From assembly GCA_963845145.1 (NCBI GenBank), contig CAWJQU010000005.1:320001-384000 (forward strand): a DNA stretch of 64,000 bases. The letters are read 5' to 3'. The stretch comes from an uncultured delta proteobacterium. GTDB taxonomy: Bacteria; Desulfobacterota; Desulfobacteria; Desulfobacterales; QNYZ01. Below are positions 23,113 to 32,219 of this stretch, piece after piece. The notes beneath the pieces are model-generated. The model searched no databases and was not told the DNA's origin. It saw nothing but the letters and a program-made list of their open reading frames with translations. The number at the start of each line of letters is the position of its first letter. The stretch's first letter is position 1. The position numbers and the translations under genes were made by a program.

Positions 23113-24764
23113 TTATACAGCGCGAACCTTGTACACCTCATTGGAATCCGGGTCGATCACATGGACTCCGCAGGCGATACAGGGATCAAAGGAATGCACC
23201 GTACGTAAAATTTCCAGGGGCTGTTTGGGGTCGGCCACCGGAGTGCCGATCAGGGCTTCTTCCAGATGGGCCCAATTTCCCCTTTTTGTCCCGGGGGCCA
23301 AGGTTCCAGGTGGACGGCACCACATATTGGTATTTCTTGATTTTACCGCCCTCGATTTTAATCCAGTGTCCCAACGAGCCTCTGGGCACATCGTTCAGTC
23401 CCACACCCATGCCTTTTTCGGGCATTTCCCAAGATTGATATGTCGTTGTATCACCGTTTTTAACATTGGCGATCAACTCGTTGATCCAGGTTTCCATCCG
23501 TTGGCCGATTACCAAGGTCTCAATACCGCGGGCGGCTGTACGCCCAAGGGTGGAAAATAGCGCTGCAGCCGGTATACCCAGTTTTTGCAACACCGAATCC
23601 ACCACCGTCTTGACCTCTTTCTTACCGTAACCATAGGCGACCAAAACACGCGCCAAGGGGCCGACTTCACACGGCTCATCGGTATAGCGAGGGGCTTTGA
23701 ACCATGTGTAAGCGCCTTTATCCGGATCGTATTTAGGGTTTTCCTGAATAGGTTTGGTTTCGCCCTCGTAGGGGTGTTTTGCGTCGCCGGATTCATACCA
23801 GGCGCGTGTCACGTTTTCGGTCACCTGTTCCTGGTCGGCCATTTTTATATTGGCCAGATCCCGTTCATCATTACCCCACGGGGCATAAACAGGCTATCCG
23901 GTTCAGCATCGGACTCGGGGAATTCGCCCCAGGCCATAAAATTGGTAGTGCCGCCGATGCCCCCCCAATCCTTGTAAAATGAGGCCACAGCCAGTAGGTC
24001 CGGGAACGTACACATCCTCGAATAAAGGCCTGGGTCTCCTTCCACAGATACATGAATTCGGCAATCCGGTCGGGTCTTAAATCTTTGACGCAGGTCACGC
24101 CGCCAATGGCCAAAGACTGCAGATGCGGATTCTTGGCGCCGAAAATCGCGTGCATGCGGGCTGCACGGGCCTGAAGCTTGAGTGCTTCAATATAGTGGGC
24201 GGCAGCCATCAAATTGGCTTCCGGGGGTAATTTATAAGCGGAATGGCCCCAATAGGCGTTACTGAACGGCCCCAGCTGACCGCTGTCCACAAAGGTTTTC
24301 AGGCGTTGGGCCACTCCCTTGTAATAGGCCGCCCCGCCCACCTGGGCATTGCTGACATTATCGGCCAACGCCGCCGTTTTGGCCGGGTCGGCCTTAAGGG
24401 CGTCGACGATGTCTACCCAATCGAGGGCATGCAGATGATAAAAATGAACAATATGATCGTGCTGGAACTGGGCACCCATCAAGAGATTTCTAAGAATTCG
24501 CGCATTTTCGGGAATTTTTACGCCAACGGCCATTTCGACTGCCCTCGCCGAGGACAGATAGTGGGTATACGTTCAGACGCCGCAAGAGCGCTGAACAAAT
24601 AGCGGTGCATCCCGTGGATCTCTGCCCTCCAAAATCAATTCGATACCACGAAACATTTGGGCCGAGCTCCATGCATTGACAACCTTGCCGCCGGCCACCT
24701 CAACCTCGACGCGCATATGACCTTCAATCCTGGTAATCGGATCAATGGTGATTCGTTCACCCAT
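23113..24764 (-). CDS. Periplasmic group 1 [NiFe] hydrogenase large subunit (frameshifted)
   Basis: [11 protein letters not shown]1 motif QRSCGV(C), [21 protein letters not shown]2 motif [11 protein letters not shown] plus cleavable C-terminal tail. Confidence 0.92.
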
Positions 24765-24815
24765 ATTTACTCCTCTCTTTTTTTTAAATTCGAAGGTATT
24801 CGATTAGAAAGCGAC

Positions 24816-25763
24816 CTAAAGCTCTTCAAAAAACGGCGTCATACCATCCCAAAAACCCGGCTGACTACAGCCGATACAGGGGTGGCCGGCCTCAATGGGC
24901 CAGCTGGTGCCGTCATTAAATTTAGCCACCGGACAGTTGTTGTAGGTTTCCGGTCCCCGACATCCCATTTTATATAAGCAATACCCCATGGCCGCTTCTT
25001 CAGACCCGAATTCTTCGATAAATTCGTCATTTTCGAAGTGAGACCGTCGCGGGCACTGATCATGAATGGTTTTCCCATAGGCAAATAAGGGACGTCCCAA
25101 TTCATCCAAATCGGGCAATTTTCCCAAGAGCAGATAGTTTACCACCGTGCCCACAAAATTTACCGGGTTCGGTGGACACCCCGGAAGATTCAATGTTTTT
25201 ATTCCTAGCGCATCCCCGATGCCCTTAAATCCACCCGGATTTGGCGCCGCGGCCTGAATACCCCCAAAAGACGAGCAGGTGCCCATACAGATTACCGCAG
25301 CAGCTTTAGTACAGACATCCTTGCCGATTTCAAGAAAAGAACGACCTCCAATTTTTCCATATCCGCCATCAAATTTTGTTCCGATAGCCCCTTCCACAAC
25401 ACAAATAAATTTGCCTTCATATTTGCTTACCGCCTGGTGAAGCTGGTCCTCTGCTTGCTGGCCGGCGGCAGCCATGACGGTCTCATGGTATTCCAGAGAC
25501 AGTATTTCAAGTACCAGATCATCGACATAGGGATATTGGGCGCGGAGCAACGCTTCGGAGCAACCGGTGCACTCAGCGAAATGAAGCCAGATTACCGGTG
25601 GTCGTTGGGATGGGGCGGCAATGACCTCGGCCACTTTGGGAACATAAGCGGCCGACAATCCCATAGTGGCGGTCAGCGCCGTGCAGTATTTCATGAAATC
25701 CCTTCGGGAAACGCCCCGCTGAGCCAGTTTTTCGGCAAACGTCTTTTCCGATTTCATTCGCAC
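24816..25763 (-). CDS. Periplasmic [NiFe] hydrogenase small subunit with Tat signal
   Basis: SRRDFMKYC twin-arginine signal, ECTGCSE, PGCPPNP, HDQCPR, CLYKMGCRGP, GHPCIGC; no membrane anchor. Confidence 0.95.
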   Translation of the reverse strand: MRMKSEKTFAEKLAQRGVSRRDFMKYCTALTATMGLSAAYVPKVAEVIAAPSQRPPVIWLHFAECTGCSEALLRAQYPYVDDLVLEILSLEYHETVMAAAGQQAEDQLHQAVSKYEGKFICVVEGAIGTKFDGGYGKIGGRSFLEIGKDVCTKAAAVICMGTCSSFGGIQAAAPNPGGFKGIGDALGIKTLNLPGCPPNPVNFVGTVVNYLLLGKLPDLDELGRPLFAYGKTIHDQCPRRSHFENDEFIEEFGSEEAAMGYCLYKMGCRGPETYNNCPVAKFNDGTSWPIEAGHPCIGCSQPGFWDGMTPFFEEL

Positions 25764-26021
25764 CTCCTAATTGGGTTCGGATTAATCATCGTTCCTCCTC
25801 ATTAAAGTGATATTGTCTCCAGCAAACACATATCCAATCCGTGGCATTAGATTATCAAGTTTGCTGCAAATTTTTCAAATATCTATCTATTTTTCCCCGC
25901 ACCACATTCGTTGATCTGGCAACTATAAATTGAACGTAATTCAACGAACATCGAATATCATATATACGATCATGACAAAAGAACGAATATTCATGGATAA
26001 AATATGGACAAATAATCCATA

Positions 26022-27017
26022 TTATTTAAACGTATGAAGGAATGTGCTTAGATTAATGGGACGTTTTAATTGGAGCTTGCCGCGAATGTGATTACGGTGA
26101 GTATCGATGGTGCTAGATGCGACGCCTAACAATCCGGCTATTTCTTTGGTCGTTTTTCCCTGCTTGATCAGGTTGGCGACCTGAATCTCCATTGGGGTCA
26201 GGCGATGGAATCTGGTTTTTAAAGACCGGATAAACGGGGATACGAGCGTATGAAGATCGGATTCCAATACATCAATCAACGCTTCCTGGCCCAAAGTTAA
26301 CCCACTTTTCTTAATTTTAGCCAGATGTGGAAATATCAGGGATTCCACATTTTCCAGAACATCTTCGGCCAAATCATTTTTGTTTTTTTCATGTTGCTTT
26401 AACAAGACGCTCAAGGCAAGGTTTGCTTCCTCTAATTTGATGGCCTTTTGCTCGAGTTCATCATGACTTATCGCCAAGGCTTGCCTGGCTTCACGGCAAG
26501 TGGAAACATCCCGAATAAATCCGCGAACACCGATAATGATATCTTTTTCTTGTAGTGGTGTGCAGAGAAACAGCGTCGGAAAGGTGTCGCCATTTTTTCG
26601 AATGGCGGCATAGGTGTGGCAGCTGGTTTCTCTGTCTGAAATAACGCGGGCAAAATGTTCCCGGGCCTGAGGTTGGTCTGCAGTGATTATAAGATCGAAA
26701 ACAGATAGTTGTTGAACGGTTTTTGAACCTGGATAGCCAAGTTGGTGAAGACCGTTTTGGTTTAAATAGGTCAGGTTGGCATCTGTGTCGGATTCAAATA
26801 CTGCTTCGGGAAGCATCTCGGCCAGCTTTCGAAAATTTCTCCCATCGTGCAGTAATTTGGCCTCGGTGCGCTGATGCCGGGCCACCATAACTTCAAGCTC
26901 GTTTACCCGCTGAACAAGGTCTACATAACTTGGATTATCTCCGGCGTCACAGGATTCATCCATCGGTTTTCCTTTATCGCTCGAAAGAAGCGACCTTATT
27001 TTGAAATATAAGGGCAA
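26022..27017 (-). CDS. PAS domain LuxR-family transcriptional regulator
   Basis: PAS fold then LTPMEIQVANLIKQGKTTKEIA...TIDTHRNHIRGKL; no receiver domain. Confidence 0.88.
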   Translation of the reverse strand: MPLYFKIRSLLSSDKGKPMDESCDAGDNPSYVDLVQRVNELEVMVARHQRTEAKLLHDGRNFRKLAEMLPEAVFESDTDANLTYLNQNGLHQLGYPGSKTVQQLSVFDLIITADQPQAREHFARVISDRETSCHTYAAIRKNGDTFPTLFLCTPLQEKDIIIGVRGFIRDVSTCREARQALAISHDELEQKAIKLEEANLALSVLLKQHEKNKNDLAEDVLENVESLIFPHLAKIKKSGLTLGQEALIDVLESDLHTLVSPFIRSLKTRFHRLTPMEIQVANLIKQGKTTKEIAGLLGVASSTIDTHRNHIRGKLQLKRPINLSTFLHTFK

Positions 27018-27020
27018 TCT

Positions 27021-29144
27021 TCAGGCTTTAACATCGTCATCATGGTCGCTTAGAATTGCCGGATAACTTTGTATAAATGTTGCACCTCGATTGAGATTAC
27101 TCTTAACTTCAATTTTCCCGTTATACTCTTTTATAATCCCATAAGTAATCGAAAGGCCCAGGCCCATTCCGTCATTGGTGGGCTTGTTCGTGAAAAACGG
27201 TTCAAAAATTTTCTCTTTTTCACCATCGCGAATTCCTATGCCTGTATCCGAGACCGTCACCACAACCCGTTCTTCTTCACAAAAGGAGTGGATCGTAATT
27301 GTATGCCGGGATACTTGGTGATTGATTTCACGCATCTGTCTGATCGCATCCCTGGCGTTGGTAATCAGGTTGAAAAAGACCTGTTCAAGGCGGTTTGTTT
27401 GGGCCCAAATAAACGGTAAGTCCTTCTCTAAGTTAAGACGAACATCAATATTCTGGAGTTGTAGTTGTCGACCGATTATCCCCAGCACGCCCAATATGGG
27501 TACGTTAATATTGACTTTCTCTTTATCATAGTCCTGTTTTCGTCCGAACTCTCTCAGGCTGTCGATGATTTTAGTAGCCCGATCTACCTGTGCGCTGACT
27601 TCATCGGCCACTTGTTTGAGATGGTGTTTTGGAATTTCACGGTTTTTCTCTACCATCATCTTCAGGTATTCATTTCCCATCTTTATGGCATTCAAAGGTT
27701 GGTTGAGTTCATGGGCCATACCGGCGGACATTTCGCCCAAGGTCGACATTTTACTGGCTTGAATTAGCTGAGCGTCTTTTTCAATCACTTCAGTAATGTC
27801 GGTAACGGCAAGGATAATTGCCTTTCTTTCCTTGTATCCGGTTTTACACGCCGTTATTCTAACGTAAAAGGGCCGGCGGCCTTTTTTGAAATGCCTTACT
27901 TTTTGACTAATAACACATGCCGATGTTTGAAGTTCGTTATCGGGAAGTTGTGAGACCAAATCCTCGTATCCAAAAGAGCCCAGCATGGAAAAAGGTTGTC
28001 CGAGTAAATCGGACTTGGCGTATCCGTAGGTTTCTTCGGCGCTGGGATTGGCGTCCAAAATTTCATTGTTTTTTTGATCGAGCACGAAGATCGGGTTGGG
28101 GCCGCTATCGAATAGAGAACGATATTTTCGCTCCGATTCGGACAAAGCCTTTTCAGCCAGCTTTCGATTGGTAATGTCTAAAAATGCTCCGGTTACGAAT
28201 TCAACCTCGCCATCTTCTCCGAAAATGATCTGACCACCTTCCTGGACCCAGACAACATCGCCGTTTTTCGATTTAAATCGATACTCCCGTATATATGAAT
28301 GGTCTGTTTTCAGGGCGTTGATGAAAACCCGCCGGGCTTCTTCGAGGTCATCTTTGTGTACCAGATCGAACCACGTAATTCGACCCGAAGAAAATTCATC
28401 CCGATTGTAGCCCGTCAGCGTCTCGATTTTGTTGTCGAAAAAGTCAATGGTCCCATTCAGGTCTCCCCGGTAAACGATATTGGGCAGATTTCTGACCAGA
28501 AGACGGTGTTTACGCTCACTTTCCTTCAAGGCTTTTTGGGAACGCTCCTGCTCGGCCACGTTCGTGGCAATACAAAGAAAACCCCCCAAATCACCTTCCG
28601 GGTCGCGCAACGAATTGATCGACATGCTAACCGGAAACCGGCTGCCGTCTTTGCGGATGTAAATCCATTGGATCTGGCTGGACGTTTCCTGATCGGCAAG
28701 GATAAAAAATATGTCAAGTCCATCAACTTTTTGGCCGGTTTCAATACTCAGGTTTTTACATCGAAGGGATAGTTCCGATTCATCGTGGAATATCAGTGGC
28801 GTGTGATTTCCAATCACTTCTTTGGCTGAATATCCGAGTAGATTGACGGCCCCTTTATTGAATACAGTGATGACGCCTTCTTTATTGGCTGCAATAATCG
28901 ATATCTGTGCGGCGGAGTCTAGAACGGCTTTGCGCTGGGCATTGGCGATCTGGAAGCGACGCAAAATCTTTTCAGTTTGTTCAAACTGCTTTACTACGAG
29001 GTTGGCGGTGATTTCAGCCGCTTTGCGAGATTCTCTAATTTCCTTTCTGAGTAGGGTATTTTCCTCGCCCAGGGTCTGATAGATATTTTCATTAATTATC
29101 GCGTCACGATAATGGGTGGAAAAAACCGGTGCACGTTTCTCCAT
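27021..29144 (-). CDS. Cytoplasmic multi-PAS histidine kinase
   Basis: Three PAS-like domains, H-box [35 protein letters not shown]; no TM segments. Confidence 0.92.
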   Translation of the reverse strand: MEKRAPVFSTHYRDAIINENIYQTLGEENTLLRKEIRESRKAAEITANLVVKQFEQTEKILRRFQIANAQRKAVLDSAAQISIIAANKEGVITVFNKGAVNLLGYSAKEVIGNHTPLIFHDESELSLRCKNLSIETGQKVDGLDIFFILADQETSSQIQWIYIRKDGSRFPVSMSINSLRDPEGDLGGFLCIATNVAEQERSQKALKESERKHRLLVRNLPNIVYRGDLNGTIDFFDNKIETLTGYNRDEFSSGRITWFDLVHKDDLEEARRVFINALKTDHSYIREYRFKSKNGDVVWVQEGGQIIFGEDGEVEFVTGAFLDITNRKLAEKALSESERKYRSLFDSGPNPIFVLDQKNNEILDANPSAEETYGYAKSDLLGQPFSMLGSFGYEDLVSQLPDNELQTSACVISQKVRHFKKGRRPFYVRITACKTGYKERKAIILAVTDITEVIEKDAQLIQASKMSTLGEMSAGMAHELNQPLNAIKMGNEYLKMMVEKNREIPKHHLKQVADEVSAQVDRATKIIDSLREFGRKQDYDKEKVNINVPILGVLGIIGRQLQLQNIDVRLNLEKDLPFIWAQTNRLEQVFFNLITNARDAIRQMREINHQVSRHTITIHSFCEEERVVVTVSDTGIGIRDGEKEKIFEPFFTNKPTNDGMGLGLSITYGIIKEYNGKIEVKSNLNRGATFIQSYPAILSDHDDDVKA

Positions 29145-29222
29145 GATAAACTCGCCTTAAACGGATGACCTGTTTTTTGATAAAAAAGTAAACTTGTTTT
29201 TTGTTTAGACCGGAAAAGGCCG

Positions 29223-30737
29223 TTAGCGCCTATCCATCTCAATCGTATGAACCGCACAAACCTGGCAGGGATCGAATGAACGAATGATATGATAAGCTTC
29301 CACAGGATTATCGGGGTCTTCGATTTGGGTTCCTACCAGGGCCTCTTCCCAGGGGCCACGAATGCCGTCCGAATCCCGGGGCGATGCGTTCCAAGCGGTA
29401 GGCGTGATCACCTGATAGGATAAGATATGATCGTTTTGGATGATCACCCAATGCCCCAATGCCCCTCTGGGTGCCTCAATCAGACCGAATCCTCGGGTTG
29501 CGACCATGTCACCGTGATTCTGATAAACACTATCCGCTTTTTTAGCCATTTCTTCCAGGCAGCGCTCCAAGATGGGAATAATCTGCGCCGAACGAACCAG
29601 CCGCGCTAGTTCCCGGTTAAAAACGCTCGGGCCATCCAGGTTAATAAGATCGGTAAACAATGGATGAGAGGCGACAAGCATTTCGGCCAGAGGGCCGGTT
29701 TCAGCAGGCATTCCGTCATACCTCGGTGCCTTGGCCCAAGAGTAGCGACGGTCTTCGCTTCCCGTTGCATAGGGAATCGTTTCGCCCTCAAAAGGATGCC
29801 GCCCTTTTTCAATACCGGCAAACCAGGAGTGAGACGTATCTTCGGTGATTAATTTTTGGTTCAACGGATGAATCTTACCATCGGTATAAAAACCCGACGC
29901 CGCTAAAGGCGAGATTTCATCATCGTTTTCACCGCTGATTTCAGGGGGAAGATCCGAGATACCGAAGCTGAGATAATTTCCACATCCGGCGCCGATTTTT
30001 TCAAAGCCGGCTGCAGTGGCGAAGCGGATAAAAAAGCCGAGTTCGCTTTCTTGATGTGACGCTGCTTCATCCAGCCATGCCAATAAATTTGATTTGCTTT
30101 TTACTGCCGCCCATCGGTCCAACGAGCAACCCAAAACCTCTTGCTCGTACCATTTTCGAAAATTTTTCAATAAATAAGTCGATTGAATCACATCGCTGGC
30201 ACTGGGCATGGATACGACTCCGCCAGGCACCATGAAGGAGGAATGGGGCCATTGTCCCCCTAAAATGGAAACAATTTCTAAGATATTCCGGGTTTCACGA
30301 ATCGCGGCAAGTACCGAAGACCCTTTCAGGGGCGAATAGCGCTTCACCGCCTCTTCATACAGGGGATGGTTTTTATGGGCCACAGTCGTAAAATCAGGCA
30401 TGAAAAGTAACGCCGCGTGTCGAAAGTCATTCTGCAGTTGTTCCACTAAAAGGGTCGTTAGGCGTATACGCTTCGCATTGGCTGGAATCATGACGTCATA
30501 TAACATATCCAACGCCTTGACGGCTGCGTTCAAATGCGATGTCGTGCAAATACCGCATATGCGGGGGGTGATGACAAGTCCGTCCAAGGCGGCCCGGCCT
30601 ATCATCAGGTTCTCAAAACCCCGGTACATGGTTCCGGCACTCTGGGCATCAATGACGGTTCCGTTTTCCAATTCCAAGTGAATTTCCAGGTCGCCTTCCA
30701 CCCGGTTTAAGGGCAGTATTGTCTTTATTTTGCTCAT
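29223..30737 (-). CDS. Cytoplasmic sensory-type (group 2, HupV/HoxC-like) [NiFe] hydrogenase large subunit
   Basis: PLNRVEGDLE, L1 PRICGICTTSH, EAPRGALGHW, L2 SFDPCQVCAVH followed by only 7 residues. Confidence 0.88.
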   Translation of the reverse strand: MSKIKTILPLNRVEGDLEIHLELENGTVIDAQSAGTMYRGFENLMIGRAALDGLVITPRICGICTTSHLNAAVKALDMLYDVMIPANAKRIRLTTLLVEQLQNDFRHAALLFMPDFTTVAHKNHPLYEEAVKRYSPLKGSSVLAAIRETRNILEIVSILGGQWPHSSFMVPGGVVSMPSASDVIQSTYLLKNFRKWYEQEVLGCSLDRWAAVKSKSNLLAWLDEAASHQESELGFFIRFATAAGFEKIGAGCGNYLSFGISDLPPEISGENDDEISPLAASGFYTDGKIHPLNQKLITEDTSHSWFAGIEKGRHPFEGETIPYATGSEDRRYSWAKAPRYDGMPAETGPLAEMLVASHPLFTDLINLDGPSVFNRELARLVRSAQIIPILERCLEEMAKKADSVYQNHGDMVATRGFGLIEAPRGALGHWVIIQNDHILSYQVITPTAWNASPRDSDGIRGPWEEALVGTQIEDPDNPVEAYHIIRSFDPCQVCAVHTIEMDRR

Positions 30738-30759
30738 AGGTCTTTCCTGCACACCGGCC

Positions 30760-31698
30760 TTATATACCGGTTTTCCGTGTTTTTAATCGTTGGGGTGCGG
30801 CGGCAGCGGCCATCCCTTTGTAGGCCATATAATGCGCACGGTTTATACCCTCCGGCAGTTCCAGAGGGATTCCTTCGATATTCCGGGTTTTGAAAAACGG
30901 ATAGGTTTGGGGAAAATCCGGCCGTGTGCATCCAAAGCAGGGAACACCCGCCCGTGTCTTGGATGAGCGGTTATTCCACAATAGTTTGTTGCATGGTCCA
31001 TGGGCGAGCGGACCGTGACACCCCATATGGAAAAACATGCATCCCTTTTCGCCGAACCCTTTATCTTCAACCCGATATTCATGATACTCATTGCGGGTAC
31101 ACCCTTGATGGACCATTAAGTTGTACCATTCCACCGGTGTCTGATGTTCGGTCAGGTCCAAAGTACCGCCCGATGCGAGAATGGATAGAGTCCCGGTTAA
31201 AATATCGGGGTGACAGGGGCACCCCGGCAGATTGATGACCGGCAGGCCGCTTTGGGTTAAAAAAGTTGCGCCCATGAACCCGCCCTTTTCCCATTTGCAG
31301 TATTGCATTCCGGTGGCTTCAGTTTCTTCATCGGCCCCGAATCCTCCGAAGCTGGCGCAGGTCCCAACGGCTAAAACATAGCGTGCCTTCCTTGCCAAGG
31401 TTGCGACAAGGTCTTTTTTCGGCTGATCGGATGCCATATCGTACAGGCCGGTCCCCCTGGGACCTCGGATAATAGCCCCTTCAATGCAGAGTAAATCCAG
31501 CTTTTGCCGGTCTTTTTTCAAATCCGCCAGCAGTTGTTTGTGATCCATTCCGTTCATAGTGGATATCGAAGGGTGCCATAACAGTTCAATTTGCAACGTT
31601 TCGAACAGCTCGACGATATTTGGTGTGGCCACGTTGAACAAAGACCACGTATCACCACCACACCCACCGCAGTGCAGCCAGTAAAGGGTTAAACCCAT
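30760..31698 (-). CDS. Cytoplasmic sensory-type (HupU/HoxB-like) [NiFe] hydrogenase small subunit
   Basis: No Tat signal; WLHCGGCGGD, LLWHPS, VGTCASFGG, PGCPCHP, HQGCTRNEY, GVPCFGCT. Confidence 0.88.
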   Translation of the reverse strand: MGLTLYWLHCGGCGGDTWSLFNVATPNIVELFETLQIELLWHPSISTMNGMDHKQLLADLKKDRQKLDLLCIEGAIIRGPRGTGLYDMASDQPKKDLVATLARKARYVLAVGTCASFGGFGADEETEATGMQYCKWEKGGFMGATFLTQSGLPVINLPGCPCHPDILTGTLSILASGGTLDLTEHQTPVEWYNLMVHQGCTRNEYHEYRVEDKGFGEKGCMFFHMGCHGPLAHGPCNKLLWNNRSSKTRAGVPCFGCTRPDFPQTYPFFKTRNIEGIPLELPEGINRAHYMAYKGMAAAAAPQRLKTRKTGI

Positions 31699-31741
31699 TA
31701 TCGCACTCCTTACCTAATAATTAGTCCCGCTACTTGGGGCA

Positions 31742-32113
31742 TTATTTAGAAGCCATTCGATTTATTGCCTGCTTAAGGGCTATATCAAGCAAATTTCGTT
31801 GAATCGGTTTGTGAAGCAGTGTTGTCGCGGCCAGATCAAGCGCCTGTTCTGCCAGGGCTTTGTCGCCATGACCGGTCATCACAATCACTTGGACTGTCGG
31901 ATCAATGGCTTTGAGTGTTTTTAAAACGGTCAGCCCGTCCATTCCGGGCATTTTAATGTCTGTAAAGACAATGCCGGGTTTTTTTTCTTTAAAGATGTCG
32001 ATCCCGGACTGTCCATTTTCCGCGGTTAGGACATTGTACCCGTAGGCGCCCAACAAAAGGCGAAACATGGCAAGGGTTGGTTTCTCATCGTCAATGATTA
32101 GGATCTCTTCCAT
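31742..32113 (-). CDS. Single-domain response regulator
   Basis: IIDDE, FTDIKMPGMDG, MTGHG, KP. Confidence 0.92.
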   Translation of the reverse strand: MEEILIIDDEKPTLAMFRLLLGAYGYNVLTAENGQSGIDIFKEKKPGIVFTDIKMPGMDGLTVLKTLKAIDPTVQVIVMTGHGDKALAEQALDLAATTLLHKPIQRNLLDIALKQAINRMASK

Positions 32114-32219
32114 GTTCTGTTCGGTATGTGTGAAGGTTTGTGCTAAGATATTGAATTGTCAAAATTATAAAAACACGGTCATGCGCATTGGCTGTCTTGA
32201 AACACGATCTACTTGGAAT

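Noticed and set aside
23113..30737. Selenocysteine-containing [NiFeSe] hydrogenase
   Set aside because: Both L2 motifs have Cys codons (DPCIAC, DPCQVC); no in-frame TGA.
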